NCBI RefSeq assembly: GCF_009914755.1
Contig: NC_060941.1
DNA length: 64,000 nt
From: the human T2T-CHM13v2.0 reference genome, Homo sapiens
Strand: one strand, 5' to 3'
The notes beneath the pieces were generated by a model that saw nothing but the letters and a program-made list of their open reading frames with translations, did no database searches and was not told the DNA's origin. Below, piece after piece: positions 29,181 through 48,973 of the stretch; positions within the stretch are counted from its first letter, which is position 1, and each line of letters starts with the position of its first letter. Position numbers and translations under genes: made by a program.

Positions 29181-29612
29181 GTAATGTGTGGAGGGAGAGG
29201 CCCCCAGAACCACTCTCTGCAGAGACAGGGGACAGGCACCCATGGCTGTGGCCTGGCACCGTCAGCCTCTCAGAGGGCAGGTGGCACACAGTGCTCACCC
29301 AGAGGACCGCAGGCCTGGTTGCCAGCTTTACTGCCCGTTCATGCAAGCATCACCTTGCTGAGAGGGAATCTGAATCTAGGGCTGGGGATGCCTCCTGCTG
29401 ACCCGAAGGAAAGAAAAGGTCCAGATCAGAGTTCAGGACTCTGAGTGCCCACACACTCTTTCAATCCTGCGAAGGGAGACCCTGTCCCAGCTTGACCTCA
29501 CCTTTACCGAGGAATCATGGGGCCAAAACCAAAGATTTCCAGGATCCTCGGGCTCTGGTCCTGGCTGGGGTCATCCCATGGCCTGTGACACCAGATCGTT
29601 TTCTGCCCACAG

Positions 29613-29720
29613 CTAATTGATTGAGTGTATAAGGGCATTCCCATGAACATCCAGGGCCAGGTGTGGTCAGTCCTCCTGAACATTCAGGAAATCAAGATGA
29701 AAAATCCCAGAAAATACCAG
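29613..29720 (+). pseudogene. Exon [35 protein letters not shown]
   Basis: cacag acceptor, gtatgc donor, TGA at 29622-29624. Confidence 0.93.
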
Positions 29721-29959
29721 GTATGCTAAGCCAGAGCACAACAAACAGGCCAGGCTGGGTCAGGGCCCAGTTCTCCAGCTAGAGGGAATGTCTTGCCCAG
29801 CCTGGGGGAGTGGGTACCATGGTCAGATGCACATCCTAAGCACAGAAGGTGACATAGGAACCACAGACCCTCCCCAGCTTCAGAAACAAGCCAAAAAGCA
29901 GCTTTCTGCAGAAGGAAGCCTTTCTTTCCTTCCTTCCAGAAGTGCTGACTGTGGGCTGA

Positions 29960-30139
<180 letters not shown>

Positions 30140-31118
30140 TAAGCCTATGGGAGCCACAGGGTGCCAGCAGAGATGGGGTAAACCAGAGGGATGGGGACTT
30201 CCCCGGAGCAGAATCCAGGGTCACCCAGGAGGGACGACAGAGCTGCCAAGGGCTCCCCTGGCCCAGGGAGCAGCCGGCACCATGGACGGAGCACCTCCCA
30301 GGTTCTAAGCCCTGTGCCAGGCTGGAACATGTGGGGCCAGAACCCAGGAGGATCCTGCGGAGACAGAAGGCAGCAAAGAAAATCATGCACAATGGTGAAA
30401 GTTGCTCTCCCTGACCCACGGAGACCCATGGTAGGACCCACAGGAGGGCAGCAGGATGGAGGGCCCATGAGCCTCCCCAGGCAATACTGACAGCACCAAA
30501 TGCTGGGGGGATTCAGTTTCCTGGAAATTATCATCCAGGTCTGCTGGGAACGTGACATGGCACAGCCACTTTGGCAGCTGGTTGGGCAGTGGCTCACAAA
30601 GCTCAATGGACTTGAACTCCACGTCCCCAAAGTGTCACAGATATTGAACCCACTGATTTGAAAACTGACGTCACATGAAACCTGCATGCCACATTCACTG
30701 CTTGATTCCTCATCACACATACATGGAGCCTTCGGGAACGACCTTCAACACGGGAATGCGGAGAGGAAGGCTGGTCCTCCCTAAAACGGTAGAAGACTCA
30801 GTGAGAAAAGGGAACGAGCCAGTGATGTCCGCACAAACGTGGGTGGATCCTAGATGCATTTTGCTAACGGAAAGAAGCCAGAGTCAACAAGATACCGCTG
30901 TAGGATTCCAATCATAGACCATTCTGGACAAGGCCAAACCATAGGGACTGAGAACCATTCTGAGTGGCCAGGGACTGACGGATCGGGGAGAGGCTGGCTG
31001 CATAGAGACCACCCTGGAGACTTGGAGGATGAAGGAGTCGCTCCAGAAGGCTCTGCACATTGGTTTAGAACCATGGAAGAACTGTATACCCAAAGACTGA
31101 ACTGGCGTGCGTGCAAAC

Positions 31119-31183
31119 CAAAAAAAAACAAAAAACAAAAAAAAAACAAACAACAACAACAACAAAGAAACAAAAAACAAAAA
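31119..31183. repeat. A/AAC-rich microsatellite
   Basis: Seen directly. Confidence 0.85.
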
Positions 31184-31412
31184 TCAGAGCAAAAATGATC
31201 AGTCAACTCACTGTACAACTGGGCTATTATTAGCATTTCACAGATGTGGATTTTACTGAAACATTTCTTAAATAGTCAAAGGCCCTGAAGAGCTCACTGC
31301 TTATCTGGTGAATCATCTGAACCTGAAATTGGATTTGTTATTAGGGTTTGTAGACAAAGTGAAACTAACATCTGCACAAAAGAAACAAAAGCCCCCTGTA
31401 TCTGTTTTTTAG

Positions 31413-31461
31413 GCAGCGGGAACTATTCTACATCCTCCTGGCATATTCAGAGTATAACCCA
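31413..31461 (+). pseudogene. Exon QRELFYILLAYSEYNP
   Basis: ttttag acceptor and gtgagt donor. Confidence 0.93.
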
Positions 31462-32010
31462 GTGAGTATTTCCAGGGAGTGACCATATTCCCATGTTCAC
31501 GGCTATATTCCCGGTCCATATTTCCATATTCCCGGGCATGGGTGTCTGGTGTGGGTGTCATTGCTTCTTTTAAAGTTAGTATTTGTGACCCACCAGGATA
31601 TAGGAGGTAGGACTCCAGCCCACTGCTGGCATAAACCTCCAAGCAAGGGGGGTGGTCTCAAGGGGTCTCACTGAGACACAAAGGAGTCGGGCCTGGACTC
31701 CTGGTGTCACCTGGGCCTGACCACCCCTTCTTGGAACAAGAAATGATGCCCTCCTCCTGGGGCTGCCCCAAAGCTCAGGAGCTTGGCAGTGTCACAAGCA
31801 GGACGGTGCTAACAGGAGACATTTTGGACAAGGTGCTAAAAGGCCCAATGGACATAGCTGTCGTCATAAAATGAATTTGCATCTTGAGGAAGCCTCTTCT
31901 TCAGAGGAAGCCTCCCCAGTCACCTCTGCCCTCTCTGATGACATGAGTCCTCCCAGGTGACCTCAGCCCTCCCAGGTGATGTCCTTCCACGGTGACTCTG
32001 GCTCTTGCAG

Positions 32011-32131
32011 GAGGTGGGCTACTGCAGGGACCTGAGCCATGTCACTGCCTTGTTCCTCCTTTATCTGCCTGAGGAGGATGCATTCTAGGCACTGGCGCAG
32101 CTGCTGGCCAGTGAGAGGCTCTCCCTGCAGG
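32011..32131 (+). pseudogene. Exon [39 protein letters not shown]
   Basis: ttgcag acceptor, gtaggt donor, TAG at 32086-32088 replacing Trp. Confidence 0.93.
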
Positions 32132-32945
32132 GTAGGTGGACAGCGGCTCCCGGGGCCTCATGCAGTCAGACCCGGGGAGAGCCACCCTGGCCAGGTGATC
32201 TCGGCTTTCAGTGAAGACACCTTCCTTGTGTCACCAGCTAACTGTTGGGAGCCTTTAGGATGTCTCTGCCTCACGCGGTCAGACCCAGAGAGAGCCACCC
32301 TGGCCAAGTGATCTCGGCTTTTATTGAAGACACCTTCCTTGTGTTGCCAGCTTGTTGGGAGCCTTTAGGATGTCCCACAGGAGCCCGGGGCTGACCCCCA
32401 GAGCCCAAGTCAGACACCTTTCATCTTCATCAGCAGAAGGCATCTCATCTTCCCCAAGGCCGCCCTGTGTATCATGGAGCCACGCCCTCTGGCTCTGATT
32501 CTGTGCAGCTGACTCTCTCCTCCCTGAGAGTCCTCTTGCCCTTCAGCTGCCCAGGCTCCAGCTTCCCTTGGTACCCACAAATGGGCCAACCAAGCCCAGA
32601 TGGCAGCATCTCCCCATCCCGTGTCCCCTGGCCCGGCCCCACTTCCAGGAGACGACCACGAAGCCCAGCACCCACCCTATTCTGGCCACCCCCTGTCGTG
32701 GCCTCAAAGTCAGGCTTGCCCTCCCGGCACCCTGGCCCAGGAGGCCTCCAGGGGCACCTCCAGCCAGGCTCCAGGGGAAGCTCTCATCACCCTCCCCAGG
32801 GCCAAGGCCACATGGTGGGGTCACCAGATGGGAGGGTGGGAGGCCTCGGGGTCTGGGGGGCTCTGCAGCTGCCCAGCTCTTCCAGCTGATGGCTCCACAT
32901 CTTGGGAGAGGGCTCTGATTTCATGATGGGCTGGGGGCTTCTCAG

Positions 32946-33040
32946 GATTCCACAGCCCAAATGGCGGGACAGTTCAGGGGCTCCAAGACCATCAGGAGCA
33001 TGTGGTACCCATGTAACAACCCAAGACCATGTGTCATCTG
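32946..33040 (+). pseudogene. Exon [31 protein letters not shown]
   Basis: tctcag acceptor, gtgagt donor, TAA at 33014-33016. Confidence 0.93.
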
Positions 33041-33430
33041 GTGAGTTTATGGTTCCTTCGGCTCTTCCCCAGAGGCCCTGCATCCTAGGGGGCTGGAGGA
33101 GCAGCGGGGGCTGGAGCCCTTCATGGGGCTGGGGACAGGCTGAGTCCCAGCCAGGGCCTGACCTGGGATGTCGGGTTCCCCATGGGCTGGGAGTTGGGTT
33201 TCCTTTCCAGCCCTGGAGGCGACAGAGGCACAGGGATGGGGGCCCAGCTCCCACAGAGCAGGGCTAAGGGTAGTGTGTCTACCGGGAGTGCCAGAAGGGG
33301 AAGATGTTGGGGGGAGCCCGGGACACTGCCCAGTGTTCTGCACTTGGGGAAGGGTCTTCAGAGGGCCCTGGAAGAGGGAGGTTTTTAGGGCAGCCCATGG
33401 GGCCCTGAGTACCTCTGTTCCTCCCATCAG

Positions 33431-33496
33431 GACAAGGAAGGTCAATGCACACAGGGTTCCTCATTCAGCTGGCTTCTCTGGGTGCTGAATGATGGG
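33431..33496 (+). pseudogene. Exon DKEGQCTQGSSFSWLLWVLNDG
   Basis: catcag acceptor, gtaagg donor, 66 nt. Confidence 0.88.
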
Positions 33497-33931
33497 GTAA
33501 GGAGGCACAGGGAGACCCTGGCTCAGGGACCCTCCTTGCCCTGCAGTGCCCTGCTTCCCCAGCCCAGGGGTCCGGCTCACCCCCAGCCCACAGGAGGCTC
33601 AGGCAGATCCCTACATGACACACAGGCAAGACCCTCTGCCGAAGAGGTGTCATTCCAGGGCAGAGGGTGGGGCTCAGGCCCAGCCTTAAGGGCAGACTGG
33701 GCCAGGGCCTGACTTGGGAGGGCTGAGGGGAGGCTCAAGCCCTGGGGAAGCCCCTCTCTCCACTGAAATGAGTGCCCCCCCATAAGGAGCTGCAAGACCT
33801 TGTCTGACCCAGCCTCCTGGAGGGGTCCGGTGACTCTCATGGGGAAGGTCACTGAAGCCCCAATGGGCTAGCTCGAGCCACCAGCCCCAGCCTGGAAGGG
33901 CCAGGTCCTCTCATGCCTACTTTCCCCACAG

Positions 33932-34031
33932 ATCTCTCTCGGGCTCACCCCGTGCCTGTGGGACATATATTTGCTGGAAGGGGAACAGATGTTGATGCTG
34001 ATAACAAGCACTGCCTTTAAGGTTCAGAGGA
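33932..34031 (+). pseudogene. Exon [33 protein letters not shown]
   Basis: cacag acceptor. The donor reads gcaagt (GC rather than GT). Confidence 0.9.
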
Positions 34032-34402
34032 GCAAGTCCACGTGTGCCCAGTGGGGCCTGGGGAGCACTGGGGTCAGACCCCAACTAGCCCAAGGGCAGC
34101 TTCCTCACACTGTTCTCATGATTCTCTGTTCTGGCCCAGAGGGAGGTCTGGCCAGGTGGGCTGGGCAGGGCACAGTGACACCAAGCCCATCCCTCACATG
34201 ACCCAGATGAAAGTCAGGAGTGTGATGAGCACTTCCCTGCCCAGGCTGCCTCCCCAGCCACAGCCTTCTGTGCACATCTGGACCCCTGGGGTGGCCACAA
34301 AAGGATCTGGCACTGCCCAGTGGGAGACTGAAGTGGTCACGGGGTGTGGGCTCTGACCCTTCCCAGGGAACTCTCCTGGCCTGATACCCACCTTGTCCCT
34401 AG

Positions 34403-36228
<1,826 letters not shown>

Positions 36229-37207
36229 GTGGGCTCCAGTACCAGGTCCCCTCCTGAGTCACCCTCTGGGGCAGTCAATACTGGGGGAGTACCCAGGACC
36301 CCTAACCCTATTACTTGGGTCTTCCTCTTCACCTTTTCTTCCTCCTCTTCCTCCTGGACTCTAAGAAAATACAGGAGGCCCACCATTCCTCAGGGCAGGC
36401 GCTCAGTGCATATGTACTGGATGTGCTGTGCACGCAGGAGGGGGATGTGGGCAAGACCCTCCAACAAGCCCCCTCCCACTTCCCACGGTGGCCTGCTCTC
36501 CCCCTCACAGGGCTCTCAAGGGCACTGGAGGAGCCAGACCCATTTGTGAGAGCCTCCACTCCTCCCTGCAAGCGCTGACAGCCTCAGAGAGCAACAGAGG
36601 CCCTTCACTCCTGCAGACTCCTCCAGGGGTGCCAGGACAACAAGCCTTGAGCCAGGGAGACAAGGGAATCAGTGTCTCTTACCCATAGAGCATTCAGAGA
36701 GAGGGCACAGGTGGGACCCCTGGCCCAGAGCCAGAGCCAAGTGTTTAGCCAGGTGTGGGAACGGTCAGTCCTGGTATGGACGGGGCAGCCCAGGAGGGCA
36801 GAGGGTGACCCACGTCCAGGCCCAGTCACCCACTGTGGAGACGGGTCCCCATGTGAAGTGGCAAGGGGCTGGTGACATCCAAGGCCCCTCCCACCTGAGT
36901 TCTGACTGGGGGCCATATCCCAGGCCCAATAGCCCTGGGATGAGGGTGTGTGGCAGGAAGCCCCCAGCGAGGCTGAACCCTGGGGGCAGTTCCAGAAGCC
37001 ACCTGCCATGCCCAGGCAGCTTCCCCACACCAGGCGGCACACAACCCTTCCTCTGGGATCAGCAGACTATAGGCATGTCATCAGTGTCAGACCACAGGGG
37101 CCACACAGAGACCCTGAGGACTCCAGAGACCCAGGCAGGTGGGGCCCAGCCCAGAAAGGCCTGCATGGGCTCACTGGAGACACTGACCACGTCTGTTTTC
37201 CTTTCAG

Positions 37208-39093
37208 CAAAACCCGAGAAAGGGTCCTCAGGACCCAGGTCTGTGCTGGCATCACATGGCGGGAAGACCCTCTGCAAGGGGGACAGGAAGGCCCTTCCCG
37301 GCCCACCAGCCCGGTTCCAGCGGCCCATTTGGTCCGCTTCTCCACCTCGTCCTACACCCTGTCCTGGTGGGGCTGTCCATGAGGCCAAGGCCCAGGAACA
37401 TGTGGGGGCTTCTGGGGAGCCCAGGGCAGCAGACCACTCTCTGGGGGCACCTGGGACTCAGGGCATGCCCAGCCTGGCCCCGGCTCAGGGAGGACCTCGG
37501 CGTTCCTGGAGATTCCTGCAGTGGAACTCTATGCTCCAGCTCCCGACGGACCTGGATGTGGGGGGCCCTTGGTTCCCCCATGACGATTTCAAACAGAGCT
37601 GCTGGGTCCATGTCCCTTCTAAATGTGTCCTGGACAGCCCCGGGACCATGGGACAGGCCTAGCCCAGGGAGCCCAAGGGGACCCTGACACCGGGCCCAGC
37701 CCAGGCCCATCAGGACTAAGAGGGAGGTCGGGAGATAACCCCGCTGCAACATGGGCACCTGCATCTGGTCACCGAAGCCAGGGTGGCACCCCGCCAGCTG
37801 CCCTGCAGCCCCAGACACCTGGAAAATCCCATTCAATGGGGAGGCCGGTCCCACCAAGGCCACGAGAGACAGAGAGGTGAGCATGGCAGCCCCGGCCAGC
37901 CAGCAGCATGCCCTGGGGCCTCTGTCCCAATCTGCGGGCCTGTGTCCCCCTCCCAGTGCATAATTCCCAGGCAAGAGGGGCCTGGTCTAGACCCCAGCCC
38001 TGGGAAGAGAGGGGCACCAGGGGTGTGGTGGGCTCCCAGTTGCAGTCAGTATGACCATGCAGGGGACCCTGGCGCTGCAGAGCTCTGCCACTGTCACAAT
38101 TCACCTCACAGAAGCCGGGTGAGTCCCGAAGCCTTGCAGCCACTGCTGTAGCCCTTGCAGACACCACGACCAGGTGCCTTCCAGCTGCCAGTGCAGGTTT
38201 TCCTGACAGGAGGGCACCCTGCAGCCCTGGCCTCAGCAGCTCAGACTCTGAAGGTATCTGTTATTCATGTTTCCAGTACTCCCACCAAAGAGAATTACTA
38301 TGGAGGATGATGTTGGTCCTGAGTTGAGCAAAACAGCATGCCCTGTGGATGGAGCCGGCTTCTTTCCAAGCCACCACACTTGCTGGATGGGCCCACGGAG
38401 CGAGTGGCCTTGAGACCGGCATGAGGATGGAAGAGGCTCAGCATCCTGCACATGCCCTTTCCAAGGCTCACCAGGCTGACACCACATTTGTGGATGAGAG
38501 ACTCACACCCAGTCCCTGGGATGGCACAATTTCCCAGGAGGATCAGCTGGCCACCTGCTGGCAGGCTGACCACACTGCGAAGGGGCTGAGATTGGCTTTC
38601 ACTGCACTGAGCCACAATATGGACATGGACTTGTGGGCCCTGCAGTGCACACAGCATTGCCTCCGAGCAGGACACCCCATTCACAGCTAGGGACAAGCAG
38701 CAGTGCGCTTCCACCTCGGGGCCTTGGCTCTGCCACCTCTATTTTGAATGTTCTCAGTTCCCTCCAGGCTACTAGAAGCATCTGGGCCAGGGCTCATGGC
38801 TAGATAAGCACCCGAGATCCCAAACAAGCTTCCCATCCTCGTTTTACTTTTTGTTAAACTTATGAAAATTTATTAAGATATGACTTACATCCCTGGTAAG
38901 TGCACAGCTCAAAAGACATTCAGAGATGGAACACACCAGCCCCCAGATCACAAAGCCAACCATGCCCAGCCCTTCCCAGCACCCCCAGCCCTGAAACCTG
39001 ACTTCTGACGACACCATGAGCCTGCCTTTATACTTTACACTCATGGAAGGATAACCATCTTCATGTTGTAAAATAAATGTTTACTGTTGAAAT
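37208..39093 (+). pseudogene. Terminal exon: AKPEKGSS...WRFLQWNSM...QSCWV, a ~0.9-kb extra segment, ISQEDQLATCWQA..., SQFPPGY*, 3' UTR
   Basis: tttcag acceptor. ORFs 36805..37662 and 38349..38690 carry TBC1D3 C-terminal motifs. The TBC1D3-frame stop TAG is at 38773-38775. Confidence 0.88.
39072..39077 (+). terminator. Polyadenylation signal AATAAA of the TBC1D3-like pseudogene
   Basis: AATAAA ~300 nt after the terminal stop. The GC-rich duplicon gives way to repeats just downstream. Confidence 0.7.
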
Positions 39094-39169
39094 GATTTTA
39101 CACGTACACCTTCCATCCAGCTGCCCTTAATAAGGACATTTTGCAGTACCATGGCACATAAGAAATTTA

Positions 39170-39478
39170 GGCCAGGTGTGGTGGCTCATGCCTGTAATCC
39201 CAGCAATTTGAGAGGTCGAGGCAGGAGGTTCAGGTTCACTTGAGCCCAGGAGTTTGAGACCAGCCTGGGAAACATAGGTAGACTCTTTCTCTAGAGAAAA
39301 GTAAAAGAAATTGCCAGGCGTGGTGGCGTGTGTGTGTAGTCCCACCTAGTCAGGAGGCTGAGGTGGGAAGACTGCTTTAGCAATTGAGTTCCAGGAAGCA
39401 GTGAGCTATGATCACAGCACTGCACTCCAGCCTAAGTGACAGAGTGAGACTTTGTCTCTTAAAAAAACAAAATAAGAA
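39170..39478 (+). mobile_element. Alu (AluJ-like)
   Basis: Alu dimer with an A-rich tail. Confidence 0.88.
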
Positions 39479-39679
39479 ATTTAACATGGGTGCAATCCTA
39501 TTAACTAAATGATAATGTGAACTATTATCTAAGGTTATTAATGCAGTAATTATATGAATAGGGTGAAATTTATTCAGACTTCACCCGTTTTCGCCTAGCT
39601 TCTCATACCTGTCCAGGGATCCCACCTCTGACTCACCCTCTGCCTTTAGGTCATGTCTCCTTAGCTTCCTCCAGGTTGT

Positions 39680-40242
39680 CCAGCCAAACACACACCTGGG
39701 CTGAGTGGTAGAGCTGATTGCTCCTGGGCTCCAAACCTCTACAGCATGTTACCATATTGAGTACTGTAGGAAATGGTAACATAATGGTGGCTATCTGTGT
39801 ATCTAAACACAGAAAAGGATCATAAAAATACAGTATAAACAATACAAAATGGTACACCTCGCCAGCTGTGGTGGTTCATGCCTATAATTCCAGCACTCTG
39901 GGAAGCCATAATGGGAGGATCACTTGGGCCCAGGAGTTCAAGACTATCTGGGCAACATAACAAGGCCCCATCTCTTCTTAAATATCAATTTTTAGAGATG
40001 GTACACCTGTATAGGATGGATCCATTATAGCCTTATGGGAACCACCATCCTATATGCATTCTGGCATGGACTGAAATGTCGTTATCTGACACATGATCAC
40101 ATAAGTAATCTAGAGATAATTTTAAGCATACAAGAAGATGTGCTTAGGTTATATACAAATACTGCACCATTTTATATCAGGACTTTGGTATCTGTGGGAG
40201 ATGGGGAAACTGATTCCCCACATACATTGAGGGGCAACTGTA
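39680..40242. mobile_element. Tigger/MER2-group DNA transposon fragments with an Alu monomer (39862-39980)
   Basis: Tigger3-like text (GCTCCTGGGCTCCAAACCTCTACAGCATGTTAC, ATGGTACACCTG). The ATGGTACACCT duplication flanks the Alu monomer. Confidence 0.6.
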
Positions 40243-41883
40243 AACATTTCAGGCCCCACAGAAGGCTCAATTCCCTGCACCCCCACCCCGAGGTAAATTC
40301 TTTTACTGGAGATTAGTTTGCCTGATGATAACTTCATATAAATGGAATCACACATTATCTATTCTTATAGATATTATTCTTATAGACCTATTCTTATAGG
40401 TCTAACTTCTGTCGCTCACACATGAGCTGTGTGAGATTCATTCATGTTGTAGCCACAATTTACTCATTTTCTTTGCTGTATAGTATTCTAGTCTTGAATG
40501 TCCCATGGTTTTTTATTTATTCTTCTGTGATGGGTATTTTGGAAGTTTCTACTATGAGGCTATTACAAATTGTGCTGCTATGTGGGTTGTTTTACTTGTA
40601 TTTTAGTGAAGATATAGACACATCTGTGTAAGGTACACACGAAGGGAGGAAATTGCTAGCTCATGGGAGGCAAATGTTTAGCTTTGGTGAATATTGCCAA
40701 ATCATTCTAAAGTGTCTGTTCCACTTCACCTGTTCATCTGTGAGCTGGAGCATTCCATCCACAGCTTGGGCTGTCTCAGAAAGACCCGGGTTCAATCCCA
40801 TTCAGCCACTTAGTAGCTGTGTCCCTTTGGGCAAACCATGTAACTTCTCTGAGTCTCAGGGTCCTCATCTGTAAATTGGGCTGCTGGTGGTCCTTACCTC
40901 ACAGGGCCACTGTGAGGACTAAGTGAGATGAAAGCTGACTCCCTGAGTGGCACCACTTCTCTCTCCCTCAGACTGAACAGGAAGATGCCTTCACTGCCCA
41001 ATGCGAAGGCCATGGGGAGGACGCGAGGCCCCAGGGCTCCTCTGTCCCAGGAGCATAAGCCCTGGGTTTTTGTTTCCAGAAACAACCACCCCTGGGGTCA
41101 GGATGACTCTCAAGTCCCCACAGCCTGTTCTCCCACCCCACGAAGGCGCATCTTCAGCAGTGGGGAAAGGGCTGCACTGTGCCATCCTCACCCTGGCCAC
41201 TGTCTGCCCTCATGACTCAGAGCACAGCGAGGTCACCAAGCAGAGCAGTGCAGGGTCCGGCCCCAGCCCTGGGCTCTAGACATCCAAGTCACCCCCACCT
41301 GCCCCAACCCTGCCCCCTCCATCCCTCAGCCCCCGCTTGCCACTTTCACAGCTCAGGACATTTTAGCTCCTTACATTTTAGCTCCTTACATGACACCATC
41401 ATCTGTCTCCTCAAGCGGAGTGCAGCACAAGGGCAGTGAACTCAGTCAGTCTATGGATGTGTCTCTGGTGTCTGGGAGATGAGAAGCTCAATACATACTT
41501 GCTCAGTGTCTGCGTGCATTTCATTGAGCAGAAGACAGCTTTGGAAATAAGAAGAGACCCTCCCGAGGTGACAGTGCGTAGCTGGCATTTTCCAGGTATT
41601 CTCAGCATGCCAGGCGGTGGGCTGGACCATGGACACGGGAGCTCTGGAGCCCGTGGGGTGCCAGGTTACAGGCCGCGCCTGGACGGAAGTATTGTTTATT
41701 TCTTTATTAAAATTTGTACTTTCTGAGTTTATGTAATTAGCAGGTGTTGCCTTTGTGATCAGAAACAGTAAAGGTATAGAAAAAAATGTGTAGAAAAAAG
41801 CAGAAAAACAAATCACATCTATAATAAAATCCTTGCTTTTAAATAAAATGTGCAGAGAAGAAAGATGGAAAAGAAACGCAGTG

Positions 41884-42187
<304 letters not shown>

Positions 42188-43179
42188 TTAATAATTGTCA
42201 TCTCTGAGGGCTGGGGATATCAGGAAACTTTGCTTTTCTGTCTAATTTTGTATATGCTCATCTCCAGATTTGAATGTATTCTATTAAATTCCCTTAGCAG
42301 CCTCCTCATTAGTCTCTCTGCCCCCATTCCTGCCCGTGCCTGCCGTGCAAAGGCTCCCCTGGCATTGTGCTAGAGAAAGCAGGTTGCTCCTAGAAAAAGT
42401 CTCCGTTCTCTATGCCTAGTTAACTTCCGCTTACCCATCAGTACTGTACTCAAGGTCTCCCCAACTACTTTATGGAAGACTTCTGTAGTGGATACTGTGA
42501 CCTGCCACCCAGACGTCCACTTCAGGATCAGGGCCCTCATTCCCTGGCTGCTAGGAGACTTGGAGGTGGATGCTGGCAGATGAGTCTTACTCTGGGAAAT
42601 GCCCTGGCTGAACGGAGCTGCCTGGGGACAGTCTACATCCATTGCCTAGTTCATTGGAGCAGGGAGATGGGGTGGGCAATAAAAGCCCAGACCCCTCGCC
42701 TCCATTCACTGCAACTTTGAAGGGTCATCTGCCCTCTAGAGCTCCCTGTGGGAGTGGCTGAGACCTCTGTTGCAACTGGAGTGCAGTCACTCTGTCTGGC
42801 CAGGCCTGCCAGCTTCACCCTCTCACAGGTGCTGGTCCTGAGGGTACTTCCCAAGGAACTTCCTTAACCAGTGACAACTAGGGTAGATTCCTTAACTATA
42901 TGCTTTTTCAGGGCACATATCGCCTTTGTAAGTTTTACATCCATTTGTGGTATCTGGCTAATGTCTGCCTGTCCCATCAACTGTAATAGCCACAGAGTGG
43001 GAGCTCTATCTGATTTTATTCACCATTGCATTCTGCCATGCTGGCATGCAGTTTAAAAATATTTGTAGAGTGAACAAACAATTTTATTACCCATCTAATC
43101 TAATCCCTTAGGAGGCCATCAGCTTTACTTAGGGCTGCAGAATGTCTCATTCATTCATTCAATAAATATTTACAAGGAG

Positions 43180-46120
<2,941 letters not shown>

Positions 46121-46458
46121 CTAGAGAGGGGACAGCATGTGTGAAGGTCTGAAGCTATAGGATGCATTTGGGAAAATACTAAAATTGGCCCCAAAAGGAT
46201 GGCAGGAAGAGATGAGTCTGGAGAGGAAGGCGGCAGGCAGTTGGCCCAGGTTAGCCCACGCTCTGCCGAGGAGCGTGGGGTTCATCCCGGTGCAGCAGGT
46301 TTTCTTTGTCCTCGCTGGCAGCTCCTCTCAGTCTCTGAGGCTGCCTCCTCATCTTCTGCCCACATCCGACTGTGGAAGTTTCTAATCTAATCCCTTAGGA
46401 GGCTGTCAACTTTACTTAGTGCTGAAGAATGTCTCATTCACTCAATAAGTATTTACAA

Positions 46459-46865
<407 letters not shown>

Positions 46866-47127
46866 TCATCCGTGTTCCTGGTTGTATAAAGCATCTTTGT
46901 GTGCCCCTCCTATGTCCTCTCTCCTGCTTGGTCTCCCTCTGAGCACAGACTTGGGGATGTAACTGCCTCCTTGGCACCTTCATCTGATAGACATCTCACA
47001 TCAAAAACTCAACTCTGGCTTTTAGTCACCCTGCCAACCTGCTTTTGTTCTAATCTTCGTCTCAGTAAACAGTGCCACCGTCCACCCACTTGCCAAGGCC
47101 AGACACCTAGGAGTCTTCTTTTTTTAA

Positions 47128-48908
<1,781 letters not shown>

Positions 48909-48973
48909 TGAACTTTGAAGAAGTCTAATTTATCAATTTTATTGTGTTCTATCTATCTATAGATCTATACATA

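Noticed and set aside
36805-37662. 285-aa ORF as a functional CDS
   Set aside because: Its first ~400 nt are intronic and the rest is the pseudogene's terminal exon. It starts at a non-ATG codon.
41358-41390. 15-bp tandem duplication ACATTTTAGCTCCTT x2
   Set aside because: Ordinary slippage duplication with no further structure.
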